From a virus (Duplodnaviria; Caudoviricetes): a DNA stretch of 64,000 bases. The notes under the pieces were generated by a model, which saw only the letters and a list, made by a program, of their open reading frames with translations, was not told the DNA's origin and did no database searches. A program made the translations under genes and the position numbers. This document shows positions 49,425 to 59,651 of the stretch, piece by piece. Positions within the stretch are counted from its first letter, which is position 1, and every line of letters starts with the position of its first letter. The DNA lies in IMG/VR virus record IMGVR_UViG_3300033405_000003; one strand, written 5' to 3'.

Positions 49425-50191
49425 CAGCTCGCCGTCAAGCTGCGCTTGAGCGCCTCGAAGAGGTCCGTGATGATGGCCTTGGGCGCCTCCTCGGCGAACG
49501 AGACCTCGAGCCCCGCGATCTTCTGGTCGACGGCCGCGCGGACGCGGTCCTGGTACTCGTCGCGGTACCTCTCCGCCTTGAACTCGGGCGAGCTGAGCTG
49601 CGCGATGAGCTTGAGCGCCATCTCCATCTCTAGGTCCTTGAACGCGGCCTTGGCGGGCGCGATCTCGTCGTAGCTCCGCACCTCGCCCGCGTAGTAGATG
49701 TACTGGAGGACGAGGCCGTTCTTGTACGGCCGGATGAAGACGACCTGCTGCCGGCCGCGGGTCCAGTAGCGGCCGACGGCGACCCGGCCGGCGCCCTCCA
49801 TGGCCTGCGCGAGGAGCTGGAACGCCTTGTCGCCGCCCTTGTCCGGCCCGATGTAGAAGCTCTTCTCGACGTGGATGGGGTCCACGGTCTCCTCGGGGAC
49901 GAACTCGGTGATCTCGAGCGAGTCGATCTTCGCGGACTCGAGCTTCTTCAGCTCCTCCTCCGTGAACTGGACGTACTGGTCCTTGGCGAACTCGAAGCCC
50001 TTGACCATGTCGGTGCGCTCGACGACGACGTTATCGACGGGGCAGAGATATTGCTGCTTCATCCGGCCGCCGCACTTCTTGTGGAGCAGGTTGAAGGAGA
50101 GGTTCTGCGAGGAGGCCGCCGTGTAGACCTTGAAGGGGATCGAGACGAGGCCGAAAGAGATGGTACCGGAACCGATTGCGCGGGCTGTCAT
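49424..50191 (-). CDS. ku: Ku DNA end-binding protein (core only)
   Basis: RAIGSGTISFGLVSIP, MVKGFE, ITEFVP, YRDEYQ, DLFEALKRSL. Confidence 0.95.
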   Translation of the reverse strand: MTARAIGSGTISFGLVSIPFKVYTAASSQNLSFNLLHKKCGGRMKQQYLCPVDNVVVERTDMVKGFEFAKDQYVQFTEEELKKLESAKIDSLEITEFVPEETVDPIHVEKSFYIGPDKGGDKAFQLLAQAMEGAGRVAVGRYWTRGRQQVVFIRPYKNGLVLQYIYYAGEVRSYDEIAPAKAAFKDLEMEMALKLIAQLSSPEFKAERYRDEYQDRVRAAVDQKIAGLEVSFAEEAPKAIITDLFEALKRSLTAS

Positions 50192-50215
50192 GGGGAGCAA
50201 GGTAACGATCCTGGG

Positions 50216-50270
50216 CTGGGAGTCAAGTGACGTTGTCTGGGAGTCAAGTGACATTGTTTGGGAGTTATCT
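50216..50270. repeat. 21-bp direct repeats (2 full + 1 partial) over divergent promoters
   Basis: CTGGGAGTCAAGTGACRTTGT x2, then TTGGGAGTTA. Confidence 0.85.
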
Positions 50271-50311
50271 AACCCTTGCGTTTCCGCAGCGGCATCGCTA
50301 CCTTGGCGGCC

Positions 50312-50500
50312 ATGAGGAAAGCCGACGAAGGCATCAGCACGGTCCAACTGTCCATCCGCGTCCCGAAGGACTGGCCGGCGCGCGCCGAGAGGATCGCGGA
50401 GAAGCTCTCCGTGCCCGGCATCACGTGCACGCGGATGGACGCGCTGCGCGCCGCACTCGAGATCGGGTTCAAGAGCCTCGAGAAGAGGAAGAAGAGGTAG
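50312..50500 (+). CDS. RHH-like regulator divergent from ku
   Basis: VQLSIRVPKDW...TRMDALRAALEIG; TTGCGT-17-TACCTT-7-ATG. Confidence 0.65.
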   Translation: MRKADEGISTVQLSIRVPKDWPARAERIAEKLSVPGITCTRMDALRAALEIGFKSLEKRKKR

Positions 50501-51143
50501 CGACATGGGGAGCCATTCGACGATCGAAGAGAGAGACGGGCAGGTCGTTCTTTTCCACCGCGTTTACGCCCACGAAGGATTCGAGGAGAGCGCGCGCGCC
50601 ATTTTCCGGGTCATCCAAGTCGCGTTGAAAGCCCAGCCAGGCAAGAAGCGGATCTTCTTCTTGCTCATCGATGGGCACCGGAACGCGGCGGGCGGTTTCG
50701 ACGCGGAGATGCTCGAGCTTCAGGGCGAATTTATGTTCAAGCACGTGATGCCGTTCCTCACGGAGATCCATATCCCGCTCGGCGCCTACCGGAACAGCAA
50801 GCCGCAGCGGGACGACGCCCCAGAGGGGGTGACCTTCGCGAGCGAAGCCGAAAAATTCTGATGCCGAAGTGCCCGAAGTGCCACGGGACGGGACGCATCA
50901 AGGCCGAGCCCCTCACATATGCCGAGCGAGTGTTGCGCGTCCGGTACCCCTCGTGCGGCGCCCGCGCCCGCCAACTATGCCGCGGCTCGCAGAAACCGCG
51001 CGTCAAGACCCCGCACGTCGACCGCGTGGACGAGGCGAAGCGCCAGGGATGGGTGTCGCGGTGAGCGACCCTTGACGGGCGGTTCGATCGATTTAGCTTG
51101 CAGGCGGTCCTCGAGCACTGTAGTCCCTTAGTCCTCTAGCACC

Positions 51144-51338
51144 ATGAGTAAACGGAAGAAGACGACGAACGGGGCCAGCCGGCGGCGACGCCCCGAGGGC
51201 GGCAAGAGGCTCGCGGTCCACCTCCCGCACGACACCGTGAGGCGCCTGCGCCTCCAGTGCGTCGAGGAGGACTGCTCCGTCTCCGACGCCGTCACGCGGG
51301 CGGTCGAGGGCTGGCTCGGCGAAAGGATCGGCAAATGA
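51144..51338 (+). CDS. RHH-like regulator heading the OmpA/ABC operon
   Basis: LAVHLPHDTVRRLRL.C.EEDCSVSDAVTRAV. Confidence 0.65.
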   Translation: MSKRKKTTNGASRRRRPEGGKRLAVHLPHDTVRRLRLQCVEEDCSVSDAVTRAVEGWLGERIGK

Positions 51339-51997
51339 CGGACGCAGCGAAGAGGACGTCGGTGTTCGGGTTCCTGAAGAACATCGTCGCCGAGGAAGTC
51401 CCCGACAAGCCCGCGCGGAACACCCCGCTCCCGGCCGAGATGCACCGCGCGCAGCAAGAGGCGCACGACGTCCTCCGCCAGGCCGGGGCCGCCCAGCCCG
51501 ACGCGCAGGCCCTCGCCAAGCTCGAGACCAGGCTCCAGGCCGCGTGTCCCGCGCCGTACGCCGCGTTCATGGAGCAGTACGAGCTTCTCAAGGAGGACAT
51601 CTCCGACGAGCGCACGCGTTTCAAGGTCGCCCTCAAGACCACGCACACGACGCCCGCCGACGTGACGGGCGCGCTCGACCAGCTCCTCTCGGTGATGCAG
51701 AAGGCGAAGGACGAGTTCCAGCACTCGTTCAACGAGGCCCGGGACAAGAAGATCGGCGCGGCCCAGGAAGCCATCACCGCGAGCGAGCAGCTTATCGCGT
51801 CGAGCGAGGAGCAGATCAAGGCTATCCAGGAGAAGATCGCATCGCTCAAGACGAAGCGCGAGACCGACATCCAGAACATGCAGGACGAGGCCCACCGGCT
51901 CGACGCCGTGCTCGGTGGGTTCAACGCCGCCCACGCGCAGGTTGTCTCGCGACTCGAAGACCAGAAGCGCCGCATCGACGCGATGCCGAAAGCATGA
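51335..51997 (+). CDS. coiled-coil protein
   Basis: heptad-rich C-terminal half, ATGA coupling. Confidence 0.7.
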   Translation: MTDAAKRTSVFGFLKNIVAEEVPDKPARNTPLPAEMHRAQQEAHDVLRQAGAAQPDAQALAKLETRLQAACPAPYAAFMEQYELLKEDISDERTRFKVALKTTHTTPADVTGALDQLLSVMQKAKDEFQHSFNEARDKKIGAAQEAITASEQLIASSEEQIKAIQEKIASLKTKRETDIQNMQDEAHRLDAVLGGFNAAHAQVVSRLEDQKRRIDAMPKA

Positions 51998-53043
51998 CCA
52001 TGACCGAATCGAACAAGATGTCGGATCTCCTCAAGTCCCGCGAGGCGTGGGGCCGGAACCTCGTGACCCTCCTCCTCGTCGGCGCGATTGCCGCGACCGG
52101 GATCTACTACTGGGGCCTCATCGTCCCGTTCCTGCTCGAGATGGCGACGAACACCCTCAAGCTCGCGGGCGCATGCGCAGCGCTCGGCGCCATGCTCTGG
52201 GTGGTGCTCGACCCGAAGATGCGCACGCTCGCGCTCTACGGGTACCGGTCGCTCACGCGCTGGCTCACGCGGCAGTTCATCGACATCGACCCGATCGGGA
52301 TCCTCAACACGTACGTCGCGCGCCTCAAGGAGCGCCTCTCGGAGATGGAGGAGGCCATCGGGAGCCTCCAGGGGCAGCGCGACCAGCTCGCGTCCTTCAT
52401 CTCGAAGAACGAGGAGGAGCGCGTCCACGAGCTTCAGCGCGCCGCGCAGGCCAAGAAGATCATGGAGCAGGGCGGCGACAACGCCGCCGACATGCGCGGC
52501 CAGATGCAGCTCTCGGGCAGGCAGGCCGGTCGTCTCGAGGCCTCGAACAAGACGCTCTCGGCGCTCCTCGTCCGGATGGACAACCTCCTCAAGGCGCTCA
52601 AGAAGATGCGCGACACCTCGTCGATGCTCATGCAGGACATCCAGGCGGACGTGAAGCTCCGGACCGAGGAGTACAAGATGGTCACGAAGGGCTTCTCCGC
52701 TTTCCAGCGCGCGCAGAAGATGATGGCGTCGGGCGGGGCCGAGAAGGAACTCTACGACCAGACGCTCGACAAGCTCGCCGAGGACTACTCCGAGAAGATG
52801 GGACAGATCGAGTACTTCATGGAGGTCTCGAAGAGCATGATCAACGGCGCCGACCTCGATAACCTCGCGTACGAGGACAGCGCGCTCGCCCAGCTCGAGA
52901 AGTGGGAGAAGGAGGGCAAGAACCCGAACGTGCGCGTCTCGACCGACGCAACGTCGACGGTGAAGAACGTGCGCGTCGGCGAGGAGGAGGTCTCGCCCGA
53001 CAGCTTCTCGGAACTGTTCGAGAACAAGGACGCGAAGCGATGA
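51994..53043 (+). CDS. two-TM membrane protein with long coiled coil (PspA-like architecture)
   Basis: two hydrophobic helices, DPIGIL, long coiled coil. Confidence 0.7.
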   Translation: MTMTESNKMSDLLKSREAWGRNLVTLLLVGAIAATGIYYWGLIVPFLLEMATNTLKLAGACAALGAMLWVVLDPKMRTLALYGYRSLTRWLTRQFIDIDPIGILNTYVARLKERLSEMEEAIGSLQGQRDQLASFISKNEEERVHELQRAAQAKKIMEQGGDNAADMRGQMQLSGRQAGRLEASNKTLSALLVRMDNLLKALKKMRDTSSMLMQDIQADVKLRTEEYKMVTKGFSAFQRAQKMMASGGAEKELYDQTLDKLAEDYSEKMGQIEYFMEVSKSMINGADLDNLAYEDSALAQLEKWEKEGKNPNVRVSTDATSTVKNVRVGEEEVSPDSFSELFENKDAKR

Positions 53044-53306
53044 GGTCCCCCAAGACCAAGAAATTATGCAACGCCAAGATTCCGGCCATGACTGTCCGGT
53101 GTTGCTTGGCGAAGCATCACGGAGGGCTCCACGTCGTCCCCACCTGGGATCGGCTGCAGGTTCGATGCGGCGATCCGAAATGCGACTGCCAAGAGGCTGT
53201 CCCAAGGCCTCGCCAAGGCATGAGCTGCGGCGGAATCTCCACCGTCTGAATCCGTTGCTCGGATCGCGCCCAGGAAACGCGGCCGGGAAAAAGAAAGAGA
53301 AGGAAC

Positions 53307-55088
53307 ATGGCGATCAGAATCAAGCGTGGGCCCGTCGTCCTCATCGCGATCCTCGGTGCAGTGGGACTCTTCTTCGGCATCCGGGCCGTCGTCGGCAAGA
53401 TGCCCGGACATGAGGCCGAGGTCCCGAAGACGGCGGAGCTGCCGACGCTGAAAGAGAACACCGTGCAGAGCGCGTCGGTCCCGAAGACGCCGCTCCCGGG
53501 CACCGTCGCTACTGGCAAGGGTACGGACGTGCGCGCGATGGTGTGGGCGTGGAACGCGCAGATGGGCCTGCTCTACGCGAACGGCGGCGCCGACACGACG
53601 CAGGGCTCGCTCATGGCTGCACGCAACGTGAACCTCCACTTCACCCGCGAGGACGACACCAGCAAGATGGCCGCTCAGCTCATGGCCCTCGCGAAGAACG
53701 TCGCCAAGAACATCGAGGGGACGGACGGCGTGCACTTCATCACGCTCATGGGCGACGGCACTCCGAGCTGGTTCGCTGGGCTCAACGCGGACCTGAAGAA
53801 GATCTGCGCCGACTGCACCGCCGAGACCGTCGGCGTCCTCGGCTACTCGCGCGGCGAGGACAAGTTCATGGGCCCCGCCGAGTGGAAGGACAGCCCGAAG
53901 AAGGCCCAGGGCGCGCTCATCGCCGGCGTGATCCGCGACGGCGACTGGAACGTCGCCATGAAATGGGCCGGCGACAACGGCATCCTCAATAACCCCGACG
54001 AGACGACGTACGACCCCGACGCGCTCAACTGGGTGAACGTCGACAACTTTCTCGAGGCCCCGAAGAAGTACATCCTCGGCGTCTGCGAGGACCGTCCCGT
54101 CGTGCACCAGGGGCGCCGCACGGGCCAGACCAAGAACGTGTGCGTGAACGCCGTCGTCACGTGGACGCCCGGCGACGTCAACGTCGCGCAGCAGAAGGGC
54201 GGCCTCCAGTCGATCGTCTCGACCAAGGAGTACCGGAGCCAGATGCCGTGCGCGCTCATCGGCATCAAGAAGTGGGATCGGCTCCACCGCGACGTCGTCG
54301 AGGGCATCCTCCAGGCGTCCTTCGACGCGGCCGACCAGGTCCGCGCGTACCCCGACGCGCTCGCGCGCGCCGGCGAGATCAGCGCCGCCGTCTACAAGGA
54401 ATCCGACGGCCCGTATTGGGTTCGCTACTTCAAGGGCGAGACCGAGAAAGACAAGCAGGGGCTCATGGTGCCGCTCGGCGGCTCGTCGGTCTCGGACCTC
54501 GCCGACAACGCGCAGGTCTTCGGCCTCGCGCCCGGGTCCGTGAACCTCTTCGCCGCCACGTACACGACCTTCGGCGACATCGCCGTCCAGCAGTACCCGA
54601 AGATCGTGGGGAGCTACCCGCCCGTCTCGGACGTGCTCGACACGTCCTACGTCGAGGACCTCCTGAAGAAGGCTCCCGTCGCGACCACGTCCGCGGACGT
54701 CGCCACGTTCAAGAGCGGCGCTGCCATCACGAGCGTCGTCTCGAAGAAGAGCTGGAGCATCACGTTCCAGACCGGCAGCGCCGCGTTCTCCCCCGACGCG
54801 CAGAAGACCCTCGACGCGCTCGAGAAGGACCTCGTCATCACCGACCTCGTCATCGAGATCGACGGCCACACCGACAACACGGGCGACGCGTCCGGCAACA
54901 AGGCGCTCTCGCAGAGCCGCGCGAACGCGGTCAAGGACTGGCTCATGAAGCAGTCGACGACGAACTTCCCCGCCGACCGCTTCACCGTCAAGGCGTTCGG
55001 GCAGGACAAGCCCGTCGCGACGAACGACACGGAAGCCGGGCGCAGCAAGAACCGCCGCGTCGACGTCATCATGGGCACGGCGGAGTGA
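53307..55088 (+). CDS. solute-binding (NMT1/SsuA-like) + OmpA-like C-terminal domain protein
   Basis: N-terminal anchor; GYSRGED; [24 protein letters not shown]. Confidence 0.85.
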   Translation: MAIRIKRGPVVLIAILGAVGLFFGIRAVVGKMPGHEAEVPKTAELPTLKENTVQSASVPKTPLPGTVATGKGTDVRAMVWAWNAQMGLLYANGGADTTQGSLMAARNVNLHFTREDDTSKMAAQLMALAKNVAKNIEGTDGVHFITLMGDGTPSWFAGLNADLKKICADCTAETVGVLGYSRGEDKFMGPAEWKDSPKKAQGALIAGVIRDGDWNVAMKWAGDNGILNNPDETTYDPDALNWVNVDNFLEAPKKYILGVCEDRPVVHQGRRTGQTKNVCVNAVVTWTPGDVNVAQQKGGLQSIVSTKEYRSQMPCALIGIKKWDRLHRDVVEGILQASFDAADQVRAYPDALARAGEISAAVYKESDGPYWVRYFKGETEKDKQGLMVPLGGSSVSDLADNAQVFGLAPGSVNLFAATYTTFGDIAVQQYPKIVGSYPPVSDVLDTSYVEDLLKKAPVATTSADVATFKSGAAITSVVSKKSWSITFQTGSAAFSPDAQKTLDALEKDLVITDLVIEIDGHTDNTGDASGNKALSQSRANAVKDWLMKQSTTNFPADRFTVKAFGQDKPVATNDTEAGRSKNRRVDVIMGTAE

Positions 55089-55091
55089 TAC

Positions 55092-55697
55092 ATGGGCTAC
55101 ACGACAAATTTCTCAGGCGAGTTCAAGATCGACAAGCCGCTCAAGCCGGAGCACACACAGTATCTCCGAGCGTTCGGAGAGACGCGGCGAATGGAGCGCT
55201 TGACCCAAGAAGACATGGACGCAGGTCGCCTTGAGAAGATCAAGCGGAACGCTTACCGAGCGGGAGCCGGAGATGGGTGGAGCCCATGCAACAGCATGCC
55301 GGACCCGGCACGCGTTGCCACTGGTCTTCCCATCGGGCCGAGCGGGGCGTACTTCGTCGGCGGCGCCGGCTTCGGTGGTCAGAGCAAAGACGATTCGATC
55401 ATCAACTACAACGAACCGCCCGAGGGACAGCCGGGGCTCTGGTGCCAATGGGTACCGAATGAGGAGGGCACTGCGATCGAGTGGGATGGTGGTGAGAAGT
55501 TCTACAACTACGTCGAATGGCTCCAGTACCTGATCCATCACTTCTTGGCGAAATGGGGTTACGTGCTCAACGGCGAAGTCGAGTGGGTCGGAGAAGACCG
55601 AAGCGACACCGGCAAGATCGTCGTCGAGAACAACGAGGTCACGACGAAACGAGGTCGCGTTGTCTACGATGACGACGACGAGGACGACGGAGGCTGA
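55092..55697 (+). CDS. phage-type hypothetical protein
   Basis: MGYTTNFSG...WCQW...WDGGEKFYNYVEWL. Confidence 0.75.
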   Translation: MGYTTNFSGEFKIDKPLKPEHTQYLRAFGETRRMERLTQEDMDAGRLEKIKRNAYRAGAGDGWSPCNSMPDPARVATGLPIGPSGAYFVGGAGFGGQSKDDSIINYNEPPEGQPGLWCQWVPNEEGTAIEWDGGEKFYNYVEWLQYLIHHFLAKWGYVLNGEVEWVGEDRSDTGKIVVENNEVTTKRGRVVYDDDDEDDGG

Positions 55698-55848
55698 AAT
55701 GGGAATGACCCTTGGCGCCGAGAGCGTAGCGCTCCCTCAATAGAGCTAAGAGCTATTGCGTCAAGCATCGTAACGACTATCGACTTGCTAGGTGCGGATA
55801 GGTAACCGCCACACAAGAATCATCACAAGAGAAAGGAATTATAAAATC

Positions 55849-56688
55849 ATGCGTTCATCAAACAAGTCCATCAATCTGAAGCTGCCCTCCATCGAGGCAC
55901 ATAGTGCCTGCTACGCGCTCATCGGTACCGGTCCGATGCTGGTCCACGCATTCGGCCAGAAATCGTTCACCGAGATGCTCGAAAAGATGGTCGGCTGTCG
56001 CCAGGACGGTACGCCTCTCGACTCTGAACGCGAACCCAAGGATCTCGAGCGCGAGTTCGTGGACGCCCACGCATTCAACGAGCGGGGCGAGGAGGTGATC
56101 CCTTGTCGATGGATCAAGGCCGGTATGCTCACGGCCGTCGCCGCGAGTCGAAAGCAACTCAACGCTTCGGCGATGCGGCGCGCGGTTCGCGTGACGGGCT
56201 TCACCTCTCCCATCCTCGACCCAAAGGGTCGCAAGGCCGCCACAGCCGAACTTCAGCACGACGTCGTCCGCGTCGGCTCTTGGTCGAACCGCACTCCCGA
56301 CGTCCGCGCACGGCCGCGCTACGATGAGTGGATGATCGAAATCGTCGTCAAGGTGATCGTCGATCAGGTTCCCATGGAACACGTGGCCTGGGCGCTCTCC
56401 GCCATGGGCGAGCTGGTCGGTCTCGGCGACTGGCGAACGGAAAAGAACGGTGAGTACGGCTTTTTCAAGATCAAGGGCCTTCACGTAAACGAAACCGATC
56501 GCATCATGAAGGCTTGCTCTTCACCCGAGCGTAGGCTCGTCATCCCGCCCGCACTCATGACGGCAATGAAGACCAAGGGCATTACCCAAGCTCAGGTGCA
56601 CGAAGAGATGGAGCGCATCAAGGGTGGTGGCAAGAACAAAAGCAAGAGCCGCTCGAACGGTGCTCAGTCCCACGGCGAAGTGTCATGA
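55849..56688 (+). CDS. stand-alone RAMP/Cas7-like RNA-binding protein
   Basis: AAAGGA RBS; LIGTGPMLVH, IPCRWIKAGM, VRARPRYDEW, Gly-rich loop VGLGDWRTEKNGEYGFF. Confidence 0.75.
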   Translation: MRSSNKSINLKLPSIEAHSACYALIGTGPMLVHAFGQKSFTEMLEKMVGCRQDGTPLDSEREPKDLEREFVDAHAFNERGEEVIPCRWIKAGMLTAVAASRKQLNASAMRRAVRVTGFTSPILDPKGRKAATAELQHDVVRVGSWSNRTPDVRARPRYDEWMIEIVVKVIVDQVPMEHVAWALSAMGELVGLGDWRTEKNGEYGFFKIKGLHVNETDRIMKACSSPERRLVIPPALMTAMKTKGITQAQVHEEMERIKGGGKNKSKSRSNGAQSHGEVS

Positions 56689-57275
56689 CGTCGACAAAGA
56701 AAGGGGCTCGCGTCAACAAAGTGCGGGCCCCTAGGATCACTGCGAGGGGCAAATACACGGTCGAAGAGATCCGTGAGGCCTGGATCATCTTCACCGAGAT
56801 GACTGGCGGCGGAGATTGGCGAAACTCGCTCACACCCGAGTTTGTGCTCGAACAGGTGCTCGCCGACAAGTCACACCCGTTGAGGCGTTACCTCGAACGT
56901 GACGTCGAGAAGGCTGCTCATCAACATTGGATCAGCCAAATCGGCCATCTGATGAATGAGGTCCGCATCTCAGTCATCGTCACTCAAGAACCTGGCAAGG
57001 TCATCCGCGTGCAGACGCGTTCGCTCGTGCACATGCCGAGGACCGCGACTCGCGACGCGGGGCGCCGCCCTCTCCGGCAGATTCGCAAAACGAAAGAGGA
57101 TCGTGACGCTCTGGCAAGGATTCGCGCGCAGTATCTACGATCCTGGGTCGGAGCGACCGAGGCACAGCTCGCCGCCATCGATGCCAACCAGTCAGCGCTT
57201 GTGGCGTTGCTTTCAGATGTGAAGCGAGCGCTCAGGCGCTTCGACGACTCTCTCAACATCGATGCTGCTGAATAA
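56685..57275 (+). CDS. helical partner protein of the RAMP-like gene
   Basis: ATGA-coupled; LTPEFVLEQVLADKSHPLRRYLERDVEKAA. Confidence 0.75.
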   Translation: MTSTKKGARVNKVRAPRITARGKYTVEEIREAWIIFTEMTGGGDWRNSLTPEFVLEQVLADKSHPLRRYLERDVEKAAHQHWISQIGHLMNEVRISVIVTQEPGKVIRVQTRSLVHMPRTATRDAGRRPLRQIRKTKEDRDALARIRAQYLRSWVGATEAQLAAIDANQSALVALLSDVKRALRRFDDSLNIDAAE

Positions 57276-57284
57276 CGTAAGAAT

Positions 57285-58030
57285 GGACTGTAATAGGGGA
57301 AAGGAAGGGACAGGACTGGACGGTATAGGAGTGGAACGGCCGGTAACGGAGCCGACAGGAGAGTAATGGATCGACAGGAGAGTAATGGATCGGCCGGTAA
57401 ATGGAACTGATTGGAAGCGAGCGGAACGGACGTGGCGGGATCGGTGTGGAGCGGATCGGCCGGTAATGGATTGGACGGGACATGAACGTATTGGAGTCGA
57501 AGTGACAGGACTGGCCGGAAAAACGGAATGTATCGTAGGGGAACCGAACGGAACAGAATCGAACGGACCGGCCGGAAATGGAATCGATGGGAATGGAGTG
57601 ACGAGGAAAGGATCGTAAGGGATAGGACAGGACCGGAACGAGAATTGGTCGGAAAATGGATAGGAGCGAGCGGAGGCGTGAGGGAACGAAGCGGCCGGTC
57701 AAAAGGGAGCGGATGGAGAGGAATGGAGAGGAAAGTACAGGAACGGTTGATAATGGAACGAAGACGACCGGACTGGCCGGAAAAGCGGAATGTATCTGGA
57801 GAGGATAGGATAGGAAAGAAGGGAACAGGATCGGCCGGATAGCGGAATCGAGAGGACAGGCCAGTACAGGGAACGGACCCGATAGGAGGCGAGTCGACTG
57901 GAGTGGAAACGGAAGGGCCGGAAGAGGAATGAAATGAATGGACTGGAGCGGCCGGAGAACAGGAACGGAATCGATCGGATAGGAAGCGATCGTATCGGAC
58001 GGGAGTGGAAAGGCCGGACAGTGGAAAGAA
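57285..58030 (+). repeat. GGA-NN pentamer array in ~12 units delimited by GGCCGG (putative guide-RNA array)
   Basis: 5-nt periodicity; GGCCGG at 57338, 57392, 57458, 57513, 57570, 57693, 57775, 57833, 57916, 57950, 58012 and GGTCGG at 57647. Confidence 0.9.
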
Positions 58031-58219
58031 GCGAGATCACTTCTCTACGAAGGATGGAAACCTGAGCATGAGCAAAACGGCAAGAATCGAATACGACGAC
58101 GACGTGCTCAACATCATCGTCGCTGTCAACGAGATCCTGAAGGATCGCAAGCTAGAGGTCATCTTCGATGGAGAAGAGCACGATGGGTTCGAGATCATCT
58201 TGTTAAAGGACCTTTCCTA

Positions 58220-58999
58220 ATGGCCTTCCGCGACGCCTGGATCCCCAACGGTCGCGTCTCGAAGCGCGTGCACTTCATTCTCGGTGCTGGCACCGTTGCG
58301 CTCTTCTTCATCGCGTGGGGCCTGCGACCGACGTTCATGCCCGGACCTATGGACGTTCTTCGCGCGTACCCGCGGCTCGCGGACCAGGGACTCGCTCAGC
58401 AGCTCTTCGTGAGCCTCACGACAAATTTCCAGGCCATCGGTCTTTCGTGTCTGCTCACGATTCCGCTCGCGTACCTCACGGTGCTCCCAGCCGCGAGGCC
58501 CTTCGTGCGCACGCTCTCGAAGATGCGTTTTTTGGGACTCACGGGCCTCACGGTCGCCTTCACGCTCGCCTTTGGCGGCGGCCACGCGCTCAAGGTCGCG
58601 CTCCTCGTGTTCGGCATGGGCGTCTTTCTCGTGACGAGCCTCTACGACGTCGTCGAGGCCATCCCGAAGGAAGAGTTCGACCACGCGCGCACGCTCCGCA
58701 TGTCGCCGTGGGGCGCCGTCGTCGAGATCGTCGTGCTCGGCCATCTCGACGCGGTGCTCGACGCCGTCAGGCAGAACGCGGCGATGGGCTGGGTGATGCT
58801 CACGCTCGTCGAGGGTCTCGTCCGCTTCGAGGGCGGCCTCGGCTCGATGATGCTCGCCGAGGACAAACACGTCGCGCTCGATGCCGTCTTCGCGATCCAG
58901 CTCCTTGTCCTCGTCGTCGGCGTGCTCCAGGATCTCGCGCTCTCGTGGCTTCGGCGCATCCTCTGCCCGTATGCGAGCCTCACGCTGGAGCGACAATGA
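58220..58999 (+). CDS. ABC transporter permease (SsuC/TauC-like)
   Basis: multiple TM helices; IPKEEFDHARTLRMS EAA-like loop. Confidence 0.85.
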   Translation: MAFRDAWIPNGRVSKRVHFILGAGTVALFFIAWGLRPTFMPGPMDVLRAYPRLADQGLAQQLFVSLTTNFQAIGLSCLLTIPLAYLTVLPAARPFVRTLSKMRFLGLTGLTVAFTLAFGGGHALKVALLVFGMGVFLVTSLYDVVEAIPKEEFDHARTLRMSPWGAVVEIVVLGHLDAVLDAVRQNAAMGWVMLTLVEGLVRFEGGLGSMMLAEDKHVALDAVFAIQLLVLVVGVLQDLALSWLRRILCPYASLTLERQ

Positions 59000-59651
59000 C
59001 GGAACCGTCGAAAAAGACACACGGCGCTGACGCACTCGACTCGATGCTCCCGACTGAACTACTCACAATCGCCGGGTGGCTGGAGGCTCGCGTGAAAGAG
59101 ATGAGACCCGACCGCTCTTCCATCCAAGAAGAATACGGCTGCGATCTCGTCATGCTTCTCGACAATCTCGCCAAATCCATCCTCCTTGACCGGGCAGAGA
59201 AGAAGGCGAAGTCCAGATGAATCCCAAGCAGCTCAACGACGCCATCGACCAGTACTTCACACTCGAGAAAGCCATCAAAGAGGCTCTCGGGTGGGTCGAC
59301 AGTTGGAAAGTGATCCCGCTCGAGGATGAGCGCGATTCCTACTGGATGGTTGCCGGTGGTGACAAGCTCACTGGCAGGGGCTCCTCGATTGTTCGTTCGC
59401 CGAAACCCATCACGTCGGCCATGGCCGAGGAAGGTAAGGAGATCTACAGCGGCCACGTCTACACCCAGCGCGACCACGACTGCTGGATCCTGAGAGCCGG
59501 GAACGACGTGCTCGTCCCAGTCGACACGCAGACCGACGGCAACATTTTCCTCTACCTGCTCGACGCCGCGAAGGAGATTCACGACGTGGATGCCGAACAG
59601 AATTATCTCGAGTGCTGGGGTTGAGAATCACGAAAGAGAAGGAGAGAGAAC

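Noticed and set aside
57285-58030. CRISPR array, or the Arg/Gly-rich and antisense ORFs called across the repeat
   Set aside because: No constant 25-40-nt repeat with unique spacers; the ORFs are low-complexity products of the 5-nt periodicity and lack the local codon bias.
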